Source: Cyanidioschyzon merolae
Lineage: Eukaryota
DNA: 64,000 nucleotides
Reading direction: 5' to 3' (one strand)
Assembly (NCBI GenBank): GCA_000091205.1
Contig: AP006494.2
The notes below the pieces were generated by a model, which was not told the DNA's origin, did no database searches, and worked only from the letters and a program-made list of their open reading frames with translations. Positions within the stretch are counted from its first letter, which is position 1. The number at the start of each line of letters is the position of its first letter. Shown piece by piece: positions 35,824 through 45,733 of this stretch. A program made the position numbers and the translations under genes.

Positions 35824-36858
35824 TCACACAAAATCGCCTCCAGAGTCCACTCGAGCGCAATTCGCATGCATACCGAAACTTTTGTGAATACGCACCATAT
35901 CCGCTGCGCGGTTCAATTTGTGAAACGAGATCATAGAGTCGCGCTGTTGTGGTGGAGCTGTCTCCGGCGGGCCGTACCAAAAACCCGCCACATTCAGTAT
36001 TTCCGCGTCAGGGCAAGCCCGCACACACGCAGCCAAGTCCTTGTCCTCACCATTATACAGACGACATGACTGGAATCGGGATACGAGCGTGGCTACGAGC
36101 GCCCGGCTGAGCACGTAACCAGCACCGCCCATGGCATACTCAAGGATGCTCGGTGCAGCGCGGCGATCTTGCGAGGCATTCGCCGCTTCAGCGTGGACAG
36201 GATCGAGCGCTCCCCAGAACGTTCGTACACTTCCCAAATAGAGCGGCCGCGCTGGATCCAAGTGCTGAAGCAGTGGAAAGATCCGATGAGGCCGCAAGTA
36301 CGCATCATCGTCGATTTTCAAGAAGAACTGTATAGTCGACGGCAGTTCCTTCCAGGCATAGCCGAGCACCTGTCGCGTGCGATTCGACTCGGGTCGAAAG
36401 ACACCCTCACGTGGTCGACCCCGTTCGAATCCAAGCCGAAGACAGCTGGGTTTCGGCACCGAAAACCATTGGTAGTCCACACTGGCTGGGAGCGGCGTCG
36501 CCCATGCTGGCCACGGTGCGTCGCTAGCGATGAGAACGTTCGCTCCAAAGCGAAGCGCGTCCGCCGCCCACGTGCGAAGTTGACTTTCAACGAGCGCGAC
36601 GTGGCGCTTAGGATCATCGCAATAGTGACGATTGTCTGAAGTACAGGTCACGATGCAGATTGCCAAGTTTGCAAAAGCGTAAGGCTCCAGTAAGACCGAC
36701 GGCCTGTGATGACAAAGCGCGTCCCAGTGCTCGGCTTTGGGCCAGGGCCAAAGTAACCTACCGCACAGACCAGCACATGCGACAGCCAGAAGCAGCAGCA
36801 GACCACGAAAGCGTCGCGTACGTGAGCTATGCTTGCCTAGACGCGGCTTTTGAGGCAT
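35824..36858 (-). CDS. GT31-family (Fringe / beta-1,3-glycosyltransferase-like) type II membrane glycosyltransferase
   Basis: Signal anchor RFRGLLLLLAVACAGL. DDDAY motif and GGAGYVLSR motif are typical of Fringe/GT31. The track start at 36900 is GTG; the first ATG (MPQKPRL) is 36858. Confidence 0.65.
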   Translation of the reverse strand: MPQKPRLGKHSSRTRRFRGLLLLLAVACAGLCGRLLWPWPKAEHWDALCHHRPSVLLEPYAFANLAICIVTCTSDNRHYCDDPKRHVALVESQLRTWAADALRFGANVLIASDAPWPAWATPLPASVDYQWFSVPKPSCLRLGFERGRPREGVFRPESNRTRQVLGYAWKELPSTIQFFLKIDDDAYLRPHRIFPLLQHLDPARPLYLGSVRTFWGALDPVHAEAANASQDRRAAPSILEYAMGGAGYVLSRALVATLVSRFQSCRLYNGEDKDLAACVRACPDAEILNVAGFWYGPPETAPPQQRDSMISFHKLNRAADMVRIHKSFGMHANCARVDSGGDFV

Positions 36859-37654
36859 CCGAGCGCCACGCTGAGGCGAAGCGGTGCAGACGCGAAGCAC
36901 GACCCTGCCCCTAGGCGCACCGTGGAGCGGATCGCGGGGCGCCGCCGCTACGATGCGCCAGTTTCGCGTGCACCTGTTCTGCGCTCCTCATTAAGAGGTT
37001 TCGAAACATCCAGCGGATTGTCTGTGTTTCCAGGTCCACGAGAAGCCACCTGTGATAGACAACGCTGCCCGGTAGACGAGCAAACGACGGCATCCGTGAG
37101 GATGATAGCGCAACGTATCTACTCCGTCTGGATACTGCAACCTTACTCGGCTGAAGAATTCACTCGCGGTGCCATGCAACTATCGTCGCCTGGAGCAGAG
37201 CAGCTATCTGAAAAATCGTCCTCGCTTTCAGATCCTGATACCCAGCATCGACTGACCAGTGCTACTCGTTTAGCAGCATCGAATATCAATGAGTTGACCT
37301 CGGGGGTGTCGAGCTCACGGCGGGTATCCATCGCAGCGCCAGGCATGCCACCGCATGCCCCATCTGCTGGCAGGACATCTTTCCGCTGTTTTGAGACAGT
37401 TCCCCAGTGTTTTCAGGCCCAGACGGAAAAACTGGTGCGTAACAGAGACGCCTGTGGTGGCTATTATCGTCGCTTTTGCTCTTGGTGCGGTGATCAAAGA
37501 CCTGCTTTTGCACCATCGAGCGCAAGCAGTCTTCGAGAATCCCAGAGTATGGCGCGCGGGGCACATGTATTGCTTTGTTTTGGTGCTCCCGAACCATCAG
37601 AGTATCGTGGTATGAGTGACTTGAGTGTCGAACGCAGTGCTCCTTGCACTGTTC

Positions 37655-37760
37655 AGTAAAGCATATATATCCTACAGGCAGTTCGTCTTCGATCTAGATG
37701 GTATATTGCATCGTGATGGCGATCTCCTGCTATACACTGCAAAGAAGCATTCAATTCCAC
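37655..37760 (-). repeat. Copy B of the conserved Fanzor-unit 3' element (solo)
   Basis: tatatatcctacaggcagttcgtcttcgatctagatggtatattgcatcgtgatggcgatctcctgctatacactgc is ~77% identical to copy A. It directly follows the stop of the degenerate tail ORF 37751-37945. Confidence 0.6.
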
Positions 37761-37945
37761 AAAGCAGAGAGTGAAACGAAATGGAGTTGAAAGGCTTCAA
37801 TCTGAGGCTGTTGCGAGAACGATTTCGTCCAGAAGCCCGCAGATGTGCGGTCGCGAGCGCGTCTGATCATCGTGTGATTTTCGCGGGCTCGGTTCACGAG
37901 GGCTTCGCAGCGTCCAACCCATACGTAATCGGTTTCGCTTGTCAT
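37751..37945 (-). pseudogene. Solo Fanzor/TnpB-like tail remnant with degenerate RuvC-III (VNRARENHTMIRR, catalytic D lost) and QP-tail (KSFSQQPQIEAFQL)
   Basis: Aligns with FVNRDVNAAINFSRYAV...YKFLLQPLRLDV (6848-7360) and LNRDLNAAINIRRCAM...ANFIGQPLKVEL (54752-55000). Confidence 0.4.
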
Positions 37946-37981
37946 CTTATTTTATACTTGCATTCAGAAAGGTACGAAACC

Positions 37982-38935
37982 ATGTTTGTAGCACTCTCTG
38001 CGAGTATTTTTTCTGCTCGAACAAGAGAAAATTGTCGTTCGTTTGCTACGCATCAATATCGCTACCGTCTTCGCCGTTTCTCTACCAGCCATTCGTCACT
38101 TGGAGTCGTCTGTGCGCGACTGGCGACTGACTGGGAGCGTGCGTTGCCACCGCGTCGTCTTGTTGGCGACTGGGAGCTTAAGCGGGAGCTGGGGCGCCCA
38201 GATATGGACTTACGTGTACTGGTCGGTCTGCGTCAAGAGTCGCGAAACGAATCGATTTTCGGTGTGCTCATTGGCGTCGTTACTCTCGCTGCATTTGCCC
38301 CGGCTCTGGCACAAGCCAGTTCCGTGCAGGGCGCCCAACAGCTCCAGAACGTCGCCGCTGTGGTTTCTCTAGGCGGTATGGGTGCCTGGGCATTCGACAC
38401 GCTCGCGCTCCAAGGGCGAGTTGCCGCCTGGCTGCAGAAGCGCTGGCTCACTGACCCAAAACGAATCGCCGTGCACGAGGCTGGACACGTGCTATTGTCA
38501 CACGTTCTCGGATACGAGTTAGAAAACTATTCACTGGGGCAAGACCGCACGAATCTGCTGGCTGGAAAGACGGGTGTTGTACTTACCGAAGGCCTACGAG
38601 CGCCGACGTCAGGCCCGGTGTCAGCGAGTGAGTCGTTTGCGCTTCTGTCAGTAGCAGGCATTGCTGCTGAGGCAATTTTCTTCGGGGATGCCGAGGGTGG
38701 CATGGAAGATCTGGCCACCTTGTCTCGATATTTTCGTCGTACAGAGCCCTTTTTGAACGCAGATACGCAAGCGTCTGTGCGATGGGCCATGTTGGCCGCA
38801 CTTCGTATCTGTAACATGCATCGCGCGGAGTTAGAGCAGATCGCCGAGGCGCTACTCCTGGGCAAATCAGTGAAGGAATGTGCAGAAATAATTTTTAGGG
38901 AATGCCCGAAGCCACTCGCGGAGCTTGCGCAGTAG
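37982..38935 (+). CDS. Peptidase M41 (FtsH protease-domain-like) membrane protein lacking an AAA ATPase module; probable organellar presequence
   Basis: HEXXH zinc motif in IAVHEAGHVLLSHVL and an FtsH-like C-terminal protease block (LSVAGIAAEAIFFGDAEGGMEDLATLSRYF), with one TM (IFGVLIGVVTLAAFAPALAQ). There is no Walker A/B. The ATG at 37982 gives an MFVALSASIFSARTR...RRFSTS transit-peptide-like N-terminus. An alternative ATG at 37781 would overlap the antisense Fanzor remnant. Confidence 0.6.
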   Translation: MFVALSASIFSARTRENCRSFATHQYRYRLRRFSTSHSSLGVVCARLATDWERALPPRRLVGDWELKRELGRPDMDLRVLVGLRQESRNESIFGVLIGVVTLAAFAPALAQASSVQGAQQLQNVAAVVSLGGMGAWAFDTLALQGRVAAWLQKRWLTDPKRIAVHEAGHVLLSHVLGYELENYSLGQDRTNLLAGKTGVVLTEGLRAPTSGPVSASESFALLSVAGIAAEAIFFGDAEGGMEDLATLSRYFRRTEPFLNADTQASVRWAMLAALRICNMHRAELEQIAEALLLGKSVKECAEIIFRECPKPLAELAQ

Positions 38936-40344
38936 TGCCGCAAGTAGCAGCAACAAAATCCTGCAGTAAATCCCTGTCGAATTTCTCGTTGACGATGATA
39001 GCATTCGTATCAAACCCGCGCTCCAAGGCTGGAACGCGCGCTTGCAGATCCCTCTCCGGAATACGACAGTGCAAAACAGTGAAACTGAATATTTTGACGG
39101 ATGCAGTTGAAGCGACATCTTTCACAATCCCCAAGTCCTTGTCCGGATGCTGCTGGGTGTTCGAGCTTAACGGCACGCGCTGAATGCCACCTGAAACCTC
39201 AGTGGAATCGAGCTCCGAGGAATACCGGCATTTTACTCAAGTTTATATACGAGGCCCTATATAGAGCGCATCATCGCAGAGTTCTCTCTATGTCGCGCGG
39301 TCCCCTGGGCGGCAAAACCAGATACAGCTGAGTGCATTGCTGGGTACCTTCGCCGTGGAAAGCGCTTGCATCACGCATGAACCTGCGAGCCGTAACACCA
39401 GGCCCCCAATGACAAGCGCCGCTCCGCAGTCGCACTTGTTGGCATAGAAGCGCATCAGTGGATACTAAACTGTATTCTCGCACCGCCAAAAGAACACGGC
39501 TAGGAGGAAAACTGGGGAAGATTTTTCACAAATGCGTTTGCATGACCGCGAGGCTGATTTGAACGACACGACTGGCGCTCGGAGGCGTGCTCGAAGCACA
39601 GCGCACCTACGCAGTCGCTATCGCAACGTCTTGAAGGCGAGATCCGTACAGTGGGCCAGACATCAGCAGCAAAACGCACTGGTTGTTCAGCTGCGACAAC
39701 AGCGATGTAGCCGCTCCGTGTGCACAGTATTCCGGTGCCAATAGAACCCAGTCGTGTTGTGCATAAGCACTTTGCAATCAAAGTCCTGCTGTTCACGGAA
39801 ATCACCGACCAAAAGCGCTGCCAGCGGAGCGATATCGCATTCGCAGCGGAACTTACGCCACAAAGTCACTTGATTCGCCTCGCTTTTTGATGCTCGCGTG
39901 AAAGCCGATGACAGAGGCGTCCCGAGGCACATTCCATCAACTATTTGAACCGAGTCACGCCTCTGAGCAAAACCGCATACCTCCAACAGCATCACAGTGC
40001 ACGATGATGCATGATCCTCACGATGAGGTTTTCAAGAGCCCGCCAGGAATGCTCTCGGAAAAACGAACGCACACCACATCGCAGCAGCGATACGCAGCGA
40101 GTAACCGATCCAGCCTATGATTCACAGGTCTCAGTCGAGGGTCGCTATCACCTTGGGCGATTCATGTACGCGGCGTTTCCACCGAAACAGCCCCTGACTG
40201 AAGAGGCTCTCAGCAGCCCATATGTTTCAAAACAGCAAGTGCCTGTGTAGCTGAAAACCGCATTGACGAGTACATCCGTGGCATCGCCGCCCACGCGTCG
40301 AAGAAAAAGAGCTGGGGATCGATACACGTGAAACCTCACAGCAG

Positions 40345-41424
40345 TCACATCACGATGCGAGGTTCCAAAATATGTTCCGTAACGGATTTGTGAGGAAGGA
40401 TAACACCTCCGTTCACACAAACCTCATCCTTCACAGCGACGTCTTCCCCCAGGACACTCGTGTTCTCTATCCTGACCCAGGAACCAATCGTTGATCCCCA
40501 ACCAATAATAGAATTCGCTATCCAGGTGTGTGACTTGACCCGCGAACCCGGTAAGAGAGTGCTCGACTTGATGCGAACGCCCTCCTCGATGATGCAGCCA
40601 GCGCCGATCACTACATCCGGTCCGATACGACAATCCTTTCCTATTTGCGCTGTGGTATCTACCAGCACATTTCCGATGAACATGGGGCCCGCGGCAAGCT
40701 CCGGTGAGCCTCGCAAACGAAGTGACTGCAGATGCAACGACATGCCTCGGAGATAGTCTTTCGGCTGACCGATATCGGCCCAGTAGCCGGATAGCTCGTG
40801 CGCGTACAGAGCGCCATCCGCTGCCAAAGCCGGAAATACCTCCCGTTCAATGCTCATTGGCCGCAGCTCTATATATTCGAGAACAGATGGCGATAGGAGG
40901 TAAACGCCGGCATTTGCCATATTGCCGACCCATTCCGTCGGTTTTTCCCGAAACGCTTTAACCTGCATCGTTTCTGCGTCGTACAGTACGATGCCGAACT
41001 TACTGGGCTCGTCTACTTTGGTCAACAAAATAGTGGCTTTTCCACCGTGTCTTTGATGTGCAGCAATCATCGCGGCAAGCGGGTAGTCACACGTTACGTC
41101 AGAGTTGAACACAAAGAACGGCTCGCTATCGCCGAGCAGCGGTTGTGCGAGCTTGAGTGGACCAGCGGTGCCCATAGGCTCCGTTTCCCGCGATACAGTT
41201 ATTTTTATGCCAAGCTTCTTTTGTTCTCTTTGTAGAAAATCGTCCATCACGTGTGGCTGGTAGCTCACTGCGAGTATAACTTCCGTTACGGAGACCTTGG
41301 CAAGTGCCTCAATTTGGTGCATCACCATCGCTTTATTACAGAACTCTACGAGCGGCTTGGGATGCGAAAGCGTTAGCGGGCGCAGCCTTGTGCCATAACC
41401 CCCTACCAGTATGAGTGCTTTCAT
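40345..41424 (-). CDS. Mannose-1-phosphate guanylyltransferase (GDP-mannose pyrophosphorylase)
   Basis: MKALILVGGYGTRLRPLT...PKPLVEF nucleotidyltransferase N-terminus plus a C-terminal left-handed beta-helix (hexapeptide repeats). 359 aa. ATG confirmed at 41422-41424. Confidence 0.9.
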   Translation of the reverse strand: MKALILVGGYGTRLRPLTLSHPKPLVEFCNKAMVMHQIEALAKVSVTEVILAVSYQPHVMDDFLQREQKKLGIKITVSRETEPMGTAGPLKLAQPLLGDSEPFFVFNSDVTCDYPLAAMIAAHQRHGGKATILLTKVDEPSKFGIVLYDAETMQVKAFREKPTEWVGNMANAGVYLLSPSVLEYIELRPMSIEREVFPALAADGALYAHELSGYWADIGQPKDYLRGMSLHLQSLRLRGSPELAAGPMFIGNVLVDTTAQIGKDCRIGPDVVIGAGCIIEEGVRIKSSTLLPGSRVKSHTWIANSIIGWGSTIGSWVRIENTSVLGEDVAVKDEVCVNGGVILPHKSVTEHILEPRIVM

Positions 41425-42961
41425 ATGGGTCGCCAGAAACTTTGAAAAACTTCCTGTCTGGCGTGGCTGGCTTCCAAAGCCTCAAAGGCGATTTCGCAGG
41501 CGAGTCGAATGCGCACTGCGCTGCAGGGGGTCTGCGTGGATGAGGGGCTCTAGTGGCAACCCCGGAAGGTTTCCAAATCGAACCTCGTTGTCCGACGGTA
41601 AGAGTGATCAAGAACTCAAGGCATACGTAAATATCTGTGGAATAGTGGTGGTCAGCTTCGTGAATAACGACACCGCCCAGGCATCCTAGGAAAGCTGGGT
41701 AGCTTCATCCATTCGATCCTGTCATATAAAAAGCTACTGCGAAAGTCGCTTCTGCGTTACAGCGTCAGATGAGCAGCCGATTTTCTAGCTGAGCATGCAC
41801 CACATTATGCGTCGTGCATGCCGCCTCGAAGCAGCAGCTGCAGCAGCGGCAAGCTTGACGTCTACAGTCGGCTCGCGAACCGACAGGGGTGCCATGAGGC
41901 CAGGCAAACGCCGCTTCCTTGGTCTCTTCGGGGGTTTGCATCGATCACGTCGCTAGCGATACTTAGCAGCTGTATGCCGACAGGAAAACTCATTCGCGTG
42001 CATGACGACATAGCTGATACGATGATCGCTTGGCATCCAAGTTCTTCGACACATTTGCGCACAGGGAAATGGAGCTCAGCCCGAATATCTCTCCAGACCC
42101 GTCGCACTCGACGCTGTCGCATCAGCAGCTGTTCATTTGTACTGCTATGCGACGCCACTGTTTTGGCGACATGCCTCGCGCGAAAATGGTTCGTACCTCA
42201 AAAGCTCGACGGATCGCGAAACGTTCACTGGAACAGCCCAGATGTCTGTTTATGTCGCAAAATATTGAAGACCCTGTTTCCGTTAGAAACCATGGCATAT
42301 TCCTCACCATTAGTAGACACGAATCATGCTCTGCACTTCCATGCCAATCATCGCCGATATGCACCCAAACAAGTCTTCACGGTCAGCGACTTGCTCGATT
42401 TCTTTGGCTGGTATCGGGTCCAGCCACAACTGTCCCAGACATCCGCAATATGCGCCCCAACACGCCTTCGCGATCAGCAGTGTCTTCGTTCCAGAGGAAT
42501 AGCATCGAGTGCAGCGCATCCGTCCACGAATACAGTAGCCTCTAGGCGGCAGGTGACATGCTTGATATGACACCGCAGTGACGTCATCGGGACTCTTGTT
42601 GACAACTGCAAGCATATTAGACACCAGAACAACGAACAGACACAGGCTGCACGAACTGAACGCGATCTCTGGTCCAATGTCCCGCACGCTCCGTCCTGTG
42701 CTAACTGCGGGCGACAGGCCCGAGCAGCTGGAGCACTCTCCCTCTGTAGTCGTGCGTCTACTACGCAGCGAGATGCCCTGTGCCCCAGCTTCGCTACAGC
42801 TGCTCAGTTCCGCAAGTGCAACATTCTACGTTCTCTACTTCTTGTTCACGCAAAAGAGTGGGGTACTCTGCGTCCTGGCTTAGCCCGAGTCGCTCAGTTG
42901 CTCGAGCGCTTCGTTCCACAGCGGCTGCAGGCCTACCCGCATTGCCTGCCGGAACACAGAC

Positions 42962-42991
<30 letters not shown>
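42962..42991. repeat. (GAC)10 microsatellite in apparently non-coding DNA upstream of the BCKDH-E2 gene
   Basis: ccgacgacgacgacgacgacgacgacgacgag. Confidence 0.8.
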
Positions 42992-42992
<1 letters not shown>

Positions 42993-43402
42993 TCTTGGGT
43001 TTAAGTGCATATTCCCCCAAAGCAATGCGAAACGTATGGTCATGGCCAGGCGGCCGTAAATGACACGATACCGTTCGAGTTGCTGGCTGAGTGAACCCTC
43101 CATTTCCTCGAAGAATCCTAGAATTAAGTTGTCAGAAATGGGAGCTTCCCGTCAACTCGCAGCTTCTATACTCTAGTTACAAGCAGCGTTCACACATTCG
43201 TCAAGAAAGGGGCGTGTCAACTACACCGTGTACTCGACGGTAAAGTACTTCAAGCAAGCGTAGGCTGCGCTCCGCCTGCCCGCCGGGCGGTCAGAACGCA
43301 GCAGCAATCTCCCGGCCGTGCTTTCGCGCCTTTACGAAAGCATTCTCGTGGAAACGCCCTCCGATATCCGTAACAGACAACGGAACCGACTGCTCACTGG
43401 CA

Positions 43403-45196
43403 ATGACGACGTTCTGGCGCTGCGGAACGTTCAGAAGACCTGTGAATGCGTTGTGGAACGTATCCGTGCGTGCAAAGTCGCCCCGCCAGCGTCAGCTGTT
43501 CCCAGTAGACGAACTGCAGGGCGCGCTCCGAGGACGCAGCGTCGCACCACGGGCACTCGAACCCGCTTACCTAGCCGCTCTGAGGGTATTCAGAAGTATG
43601 GGCCCGCTCCCAGTGTCGATCTTATTGCCTTCATCCGTGGCTACCACTCCAAAGTCAGTACTCGACAAAGATAGGATTCTTTCCCGATACTGTTCGTGTC
43701 CTGCTGGAGAGCGAGATAGAGGAGTTTCCATAGACCCCAGATGGACACCTTTCGTGCTCACAGATATCGGTGAAGGGATCGTCGAAGTCGAGATTCTACG
43801 TTGGCACGTCCAAGAGGGCGACTACGTGCGACCATTCGACGCCCTTGTCGACGTTCAGTCCGATAAAGCGACCGTTGAAATTACCAGCAGATTCCAAGGC
43901 GTCGTGCGTCATATTCCTCATCGAGTAGGTGAACTGGCCAAAGTTGGGGAAGCGTTGTGCTTCATCGAAGTTTCGGACGATGCACCGTCGGCAGAGACGC
44001 TCACACAGGCGCCCGACAAGCTGGCCAACACTGGCGTTGAAAGTGTGACTACTGCTGGCACCAATGCTGGCGCGTCTGCGGAGCCTGCTGTCCGTACACC
44101 TGGCGAGCTGAATCACGATGAGGTCTCTAGCTCACAAACACCATATCGAAAGCGAGTTCGGACCACACCGGCGCTACGAGGCCTCGCACGCGAGCGCGGC
44201 ATTGACCTCGCGAAGGTTACCCCGTCAGGCCCCGGGCGACGAATCCTACCAAGTGACATAGAGTTGTTTCTCGGGGCTCAGCAGGAACGAGGCGCTCCGG
44301 CGCTCTCCGAACAAAATACTCCGGCAGCGCTAGGCCTCTCGAATGCAACCACGAAACCTGAGGTTGGCGGTACAGCGGTCGGTTCTGGGTCAGCGGGGTG
44401 GCGAAAGGCCCTCATGCAGCGGGATCGACCTACCCTGGGTGAACATGTTACTGCAGTGCCTATTCGCGGACTGCGTAGAGCAATGGCAAAGTCCTTGGCC
44501 GCTGCGGCTGTCGTTCCGCATCTCGTGTACGGCGAGGAGGCCACGGTGGATCGACTCATTGATCTACGACGAGAGTTAACATCATTCGGAGAGCATCGAC
44601 TTGGAGGCAAACTCACGTACATGCCATTCTTTATCAAGGCAACGTCGGTGGCCCTGGAGGGCTTCCCCATCCTCAACGCAACCTTGGATAATGTTCAAGA
44701 CCCAAAGAACATCCTCTACCAACGTGACCATAATATCAGTATTGCGATTGATACGCCCGATGGTCTGATTGTTCCGAATATCAAGAAAGTGCAGCAGTTG
44801 AGTGTCTTTGATATCGCTCAAGAGCTGCGCCGTCTGCAGGAACTCGCCCACGCAGGCAAACTCAACCAAGACGACCTCTCGGGGGGCACATTCGCCCTCA
44901 GCAACATCGGAAGTATCGGTGGTATACATGCCAGTCCCGTCATTATGGTTCCCCAGGTGGCCATCAGCGCCCTTGGACGGATTCGACGGGTTCCTCGTTT
45001 TGCGAGCGACCAGCCAACGGCAATGAATGAGCGCTACACCCCTGGGTCTTTGGTGGTCTACCCGGCTCATGTAATGACCATCGTCGTTGCGGCTGATCAC
45101 CGTATCATCGACGGTGCGACTGTGGCCAATTTTTGCGCTCGCTGGAAGCTGGCAATCGAGTCGCCCACAGCTTTACTTCTCGGAAACGGCCCATAA
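43403..45196 (+). CDS. DBT: Lipoamide acyltransferase (E2) of the branched-chain 2-oxoacid dehydrogenase complex; start ambiguous
   Basis: Lipoyl domain DIGEGIVEVEILRWHVQEGDYVRPFDALVDVQSDKATVEITSRFQGVV (the ITSR motif is typical of BCKDH-E2), an E3-binding domain (PALRGLARERGIDLAKVTPSGPGRRI), and a catalytic domain with DHRIIDGA. The ~110-aa N-terminal extension may be a long transit peptide; alternatively the real start is Met66 (MGPLPV). Confidence 0.85.
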   Translation: MTTFWRCGTFRRPVNALWNVSVRAKSPRQRQLFPVDELQGALRGRSVAPRALEPAYLAALRVFRSMGPLPVSILLPSSVATTPKSVLDKDRILSRYCSCPAGERDRGVSIDPRWTPFVLTDIGEGIVEVEILRWHVQEGDYVRPFDALVDVQSDKATVEITSRFQGVVRHIPHRVGELAKVGEALCFIEVSDDAPSAETLTQAPDKLANTGVESVTTAGTNAGASAEPAVRTPGELNHDEVSSSQTPYRKRVRTTPALRGLARERGIDLAKVTPSGPGRRILPSDIELFLGAQQERGAPALSEQNTPAALGLSNATTKPEVGGTAVGSGSAGWRKALMQRDRPTLGEHVTAVPIRGLRRAMAKSLAAAAVVPHLVYGEEATVDRLIDLRRELTSFGEHRLGGKLTYMPFFIKATSVALEGFPILNATLDNVQDPKNILYQRDHNISIAIDTPDGLIVPNIKKVQQLSVFDIAQELRRLQELAHAGKLNQDDLSGGTFALSNIGSIGGIHASPVIMVPQVAISALGRIRRVPRFASDQPTAMNERYTPGSLVVYPAHVMTIVVAADHRIIDGATVANFCARWKLAIESPTALLLGNGP

Positions 45197-45322
45197 TCGT
45201 ATTCGGAGATATGCGGGCTCAGCAGCCGCGACGGGGTCCAGCTGCCGTCCCAGGCCGCGCACACGGAAGCGCTGCGACACGAAAGCGGTAAACCGAAGAA
45301 AGCCACAAATCCTCGGGCTACT

Positions 45323-45733
45323 TCATGAAAACGAATACGGAGCGTCTCCTTGACCGTTAGAGTCCGTTATCGCCTTCGATGGTGGACCTGCCTGAGCAGC
45401 GGTATCCGTAGAGGCCTGTGGGGAGCGTGCTGGTTCCACGGGCTCCTCAAAGCTGCTAGTTTCGGCTAGTACGCGTTCCACTACAGCTGGTTGCGAATGA
45501 GCTCCTGTGATCGCTGCAAGCTCTCCCTCTAACCGGATGATATCTCTGCGAACACGATCAATCTCTTGTTGGTACCAGGCGTGACTCCACTTGAACTTGA
45601 GAATACCACCACCAAGAATGGTTAGCCAGAAAAGGGCCAGGCCGCGGCGACTCTGGAAAGCCTCTACAAGTCGTAGCGACCATCTTCGACCCCACTGCAT
45701 ATGCTCGCAGCGCTGCTGCAACTTGCTCGCCAC
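45323..45733 (-). CDS. Hypothetical small TM / coiled-coil protein (136 aa)
   Basis: ORF with one predicted TM (LALFWLTILGGGIL) followed by a coiled-coil-like segment (IDRVRRDIIRLEGELAAITG). No family recognised. Confidence 0.25.
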   Translation of the reverse strand: MASKLQQRCEHMQWGRRWSLRLVEAFQSRRGLALFWLTILGGGILKFKWSHAWYQQEIDRVRRDIIRLEGELAAITGAHSQPAVVERVLAETSSFEEPVEPARSPQASTDTAAQAGPPSKAITDSNGQGDAPYSFS

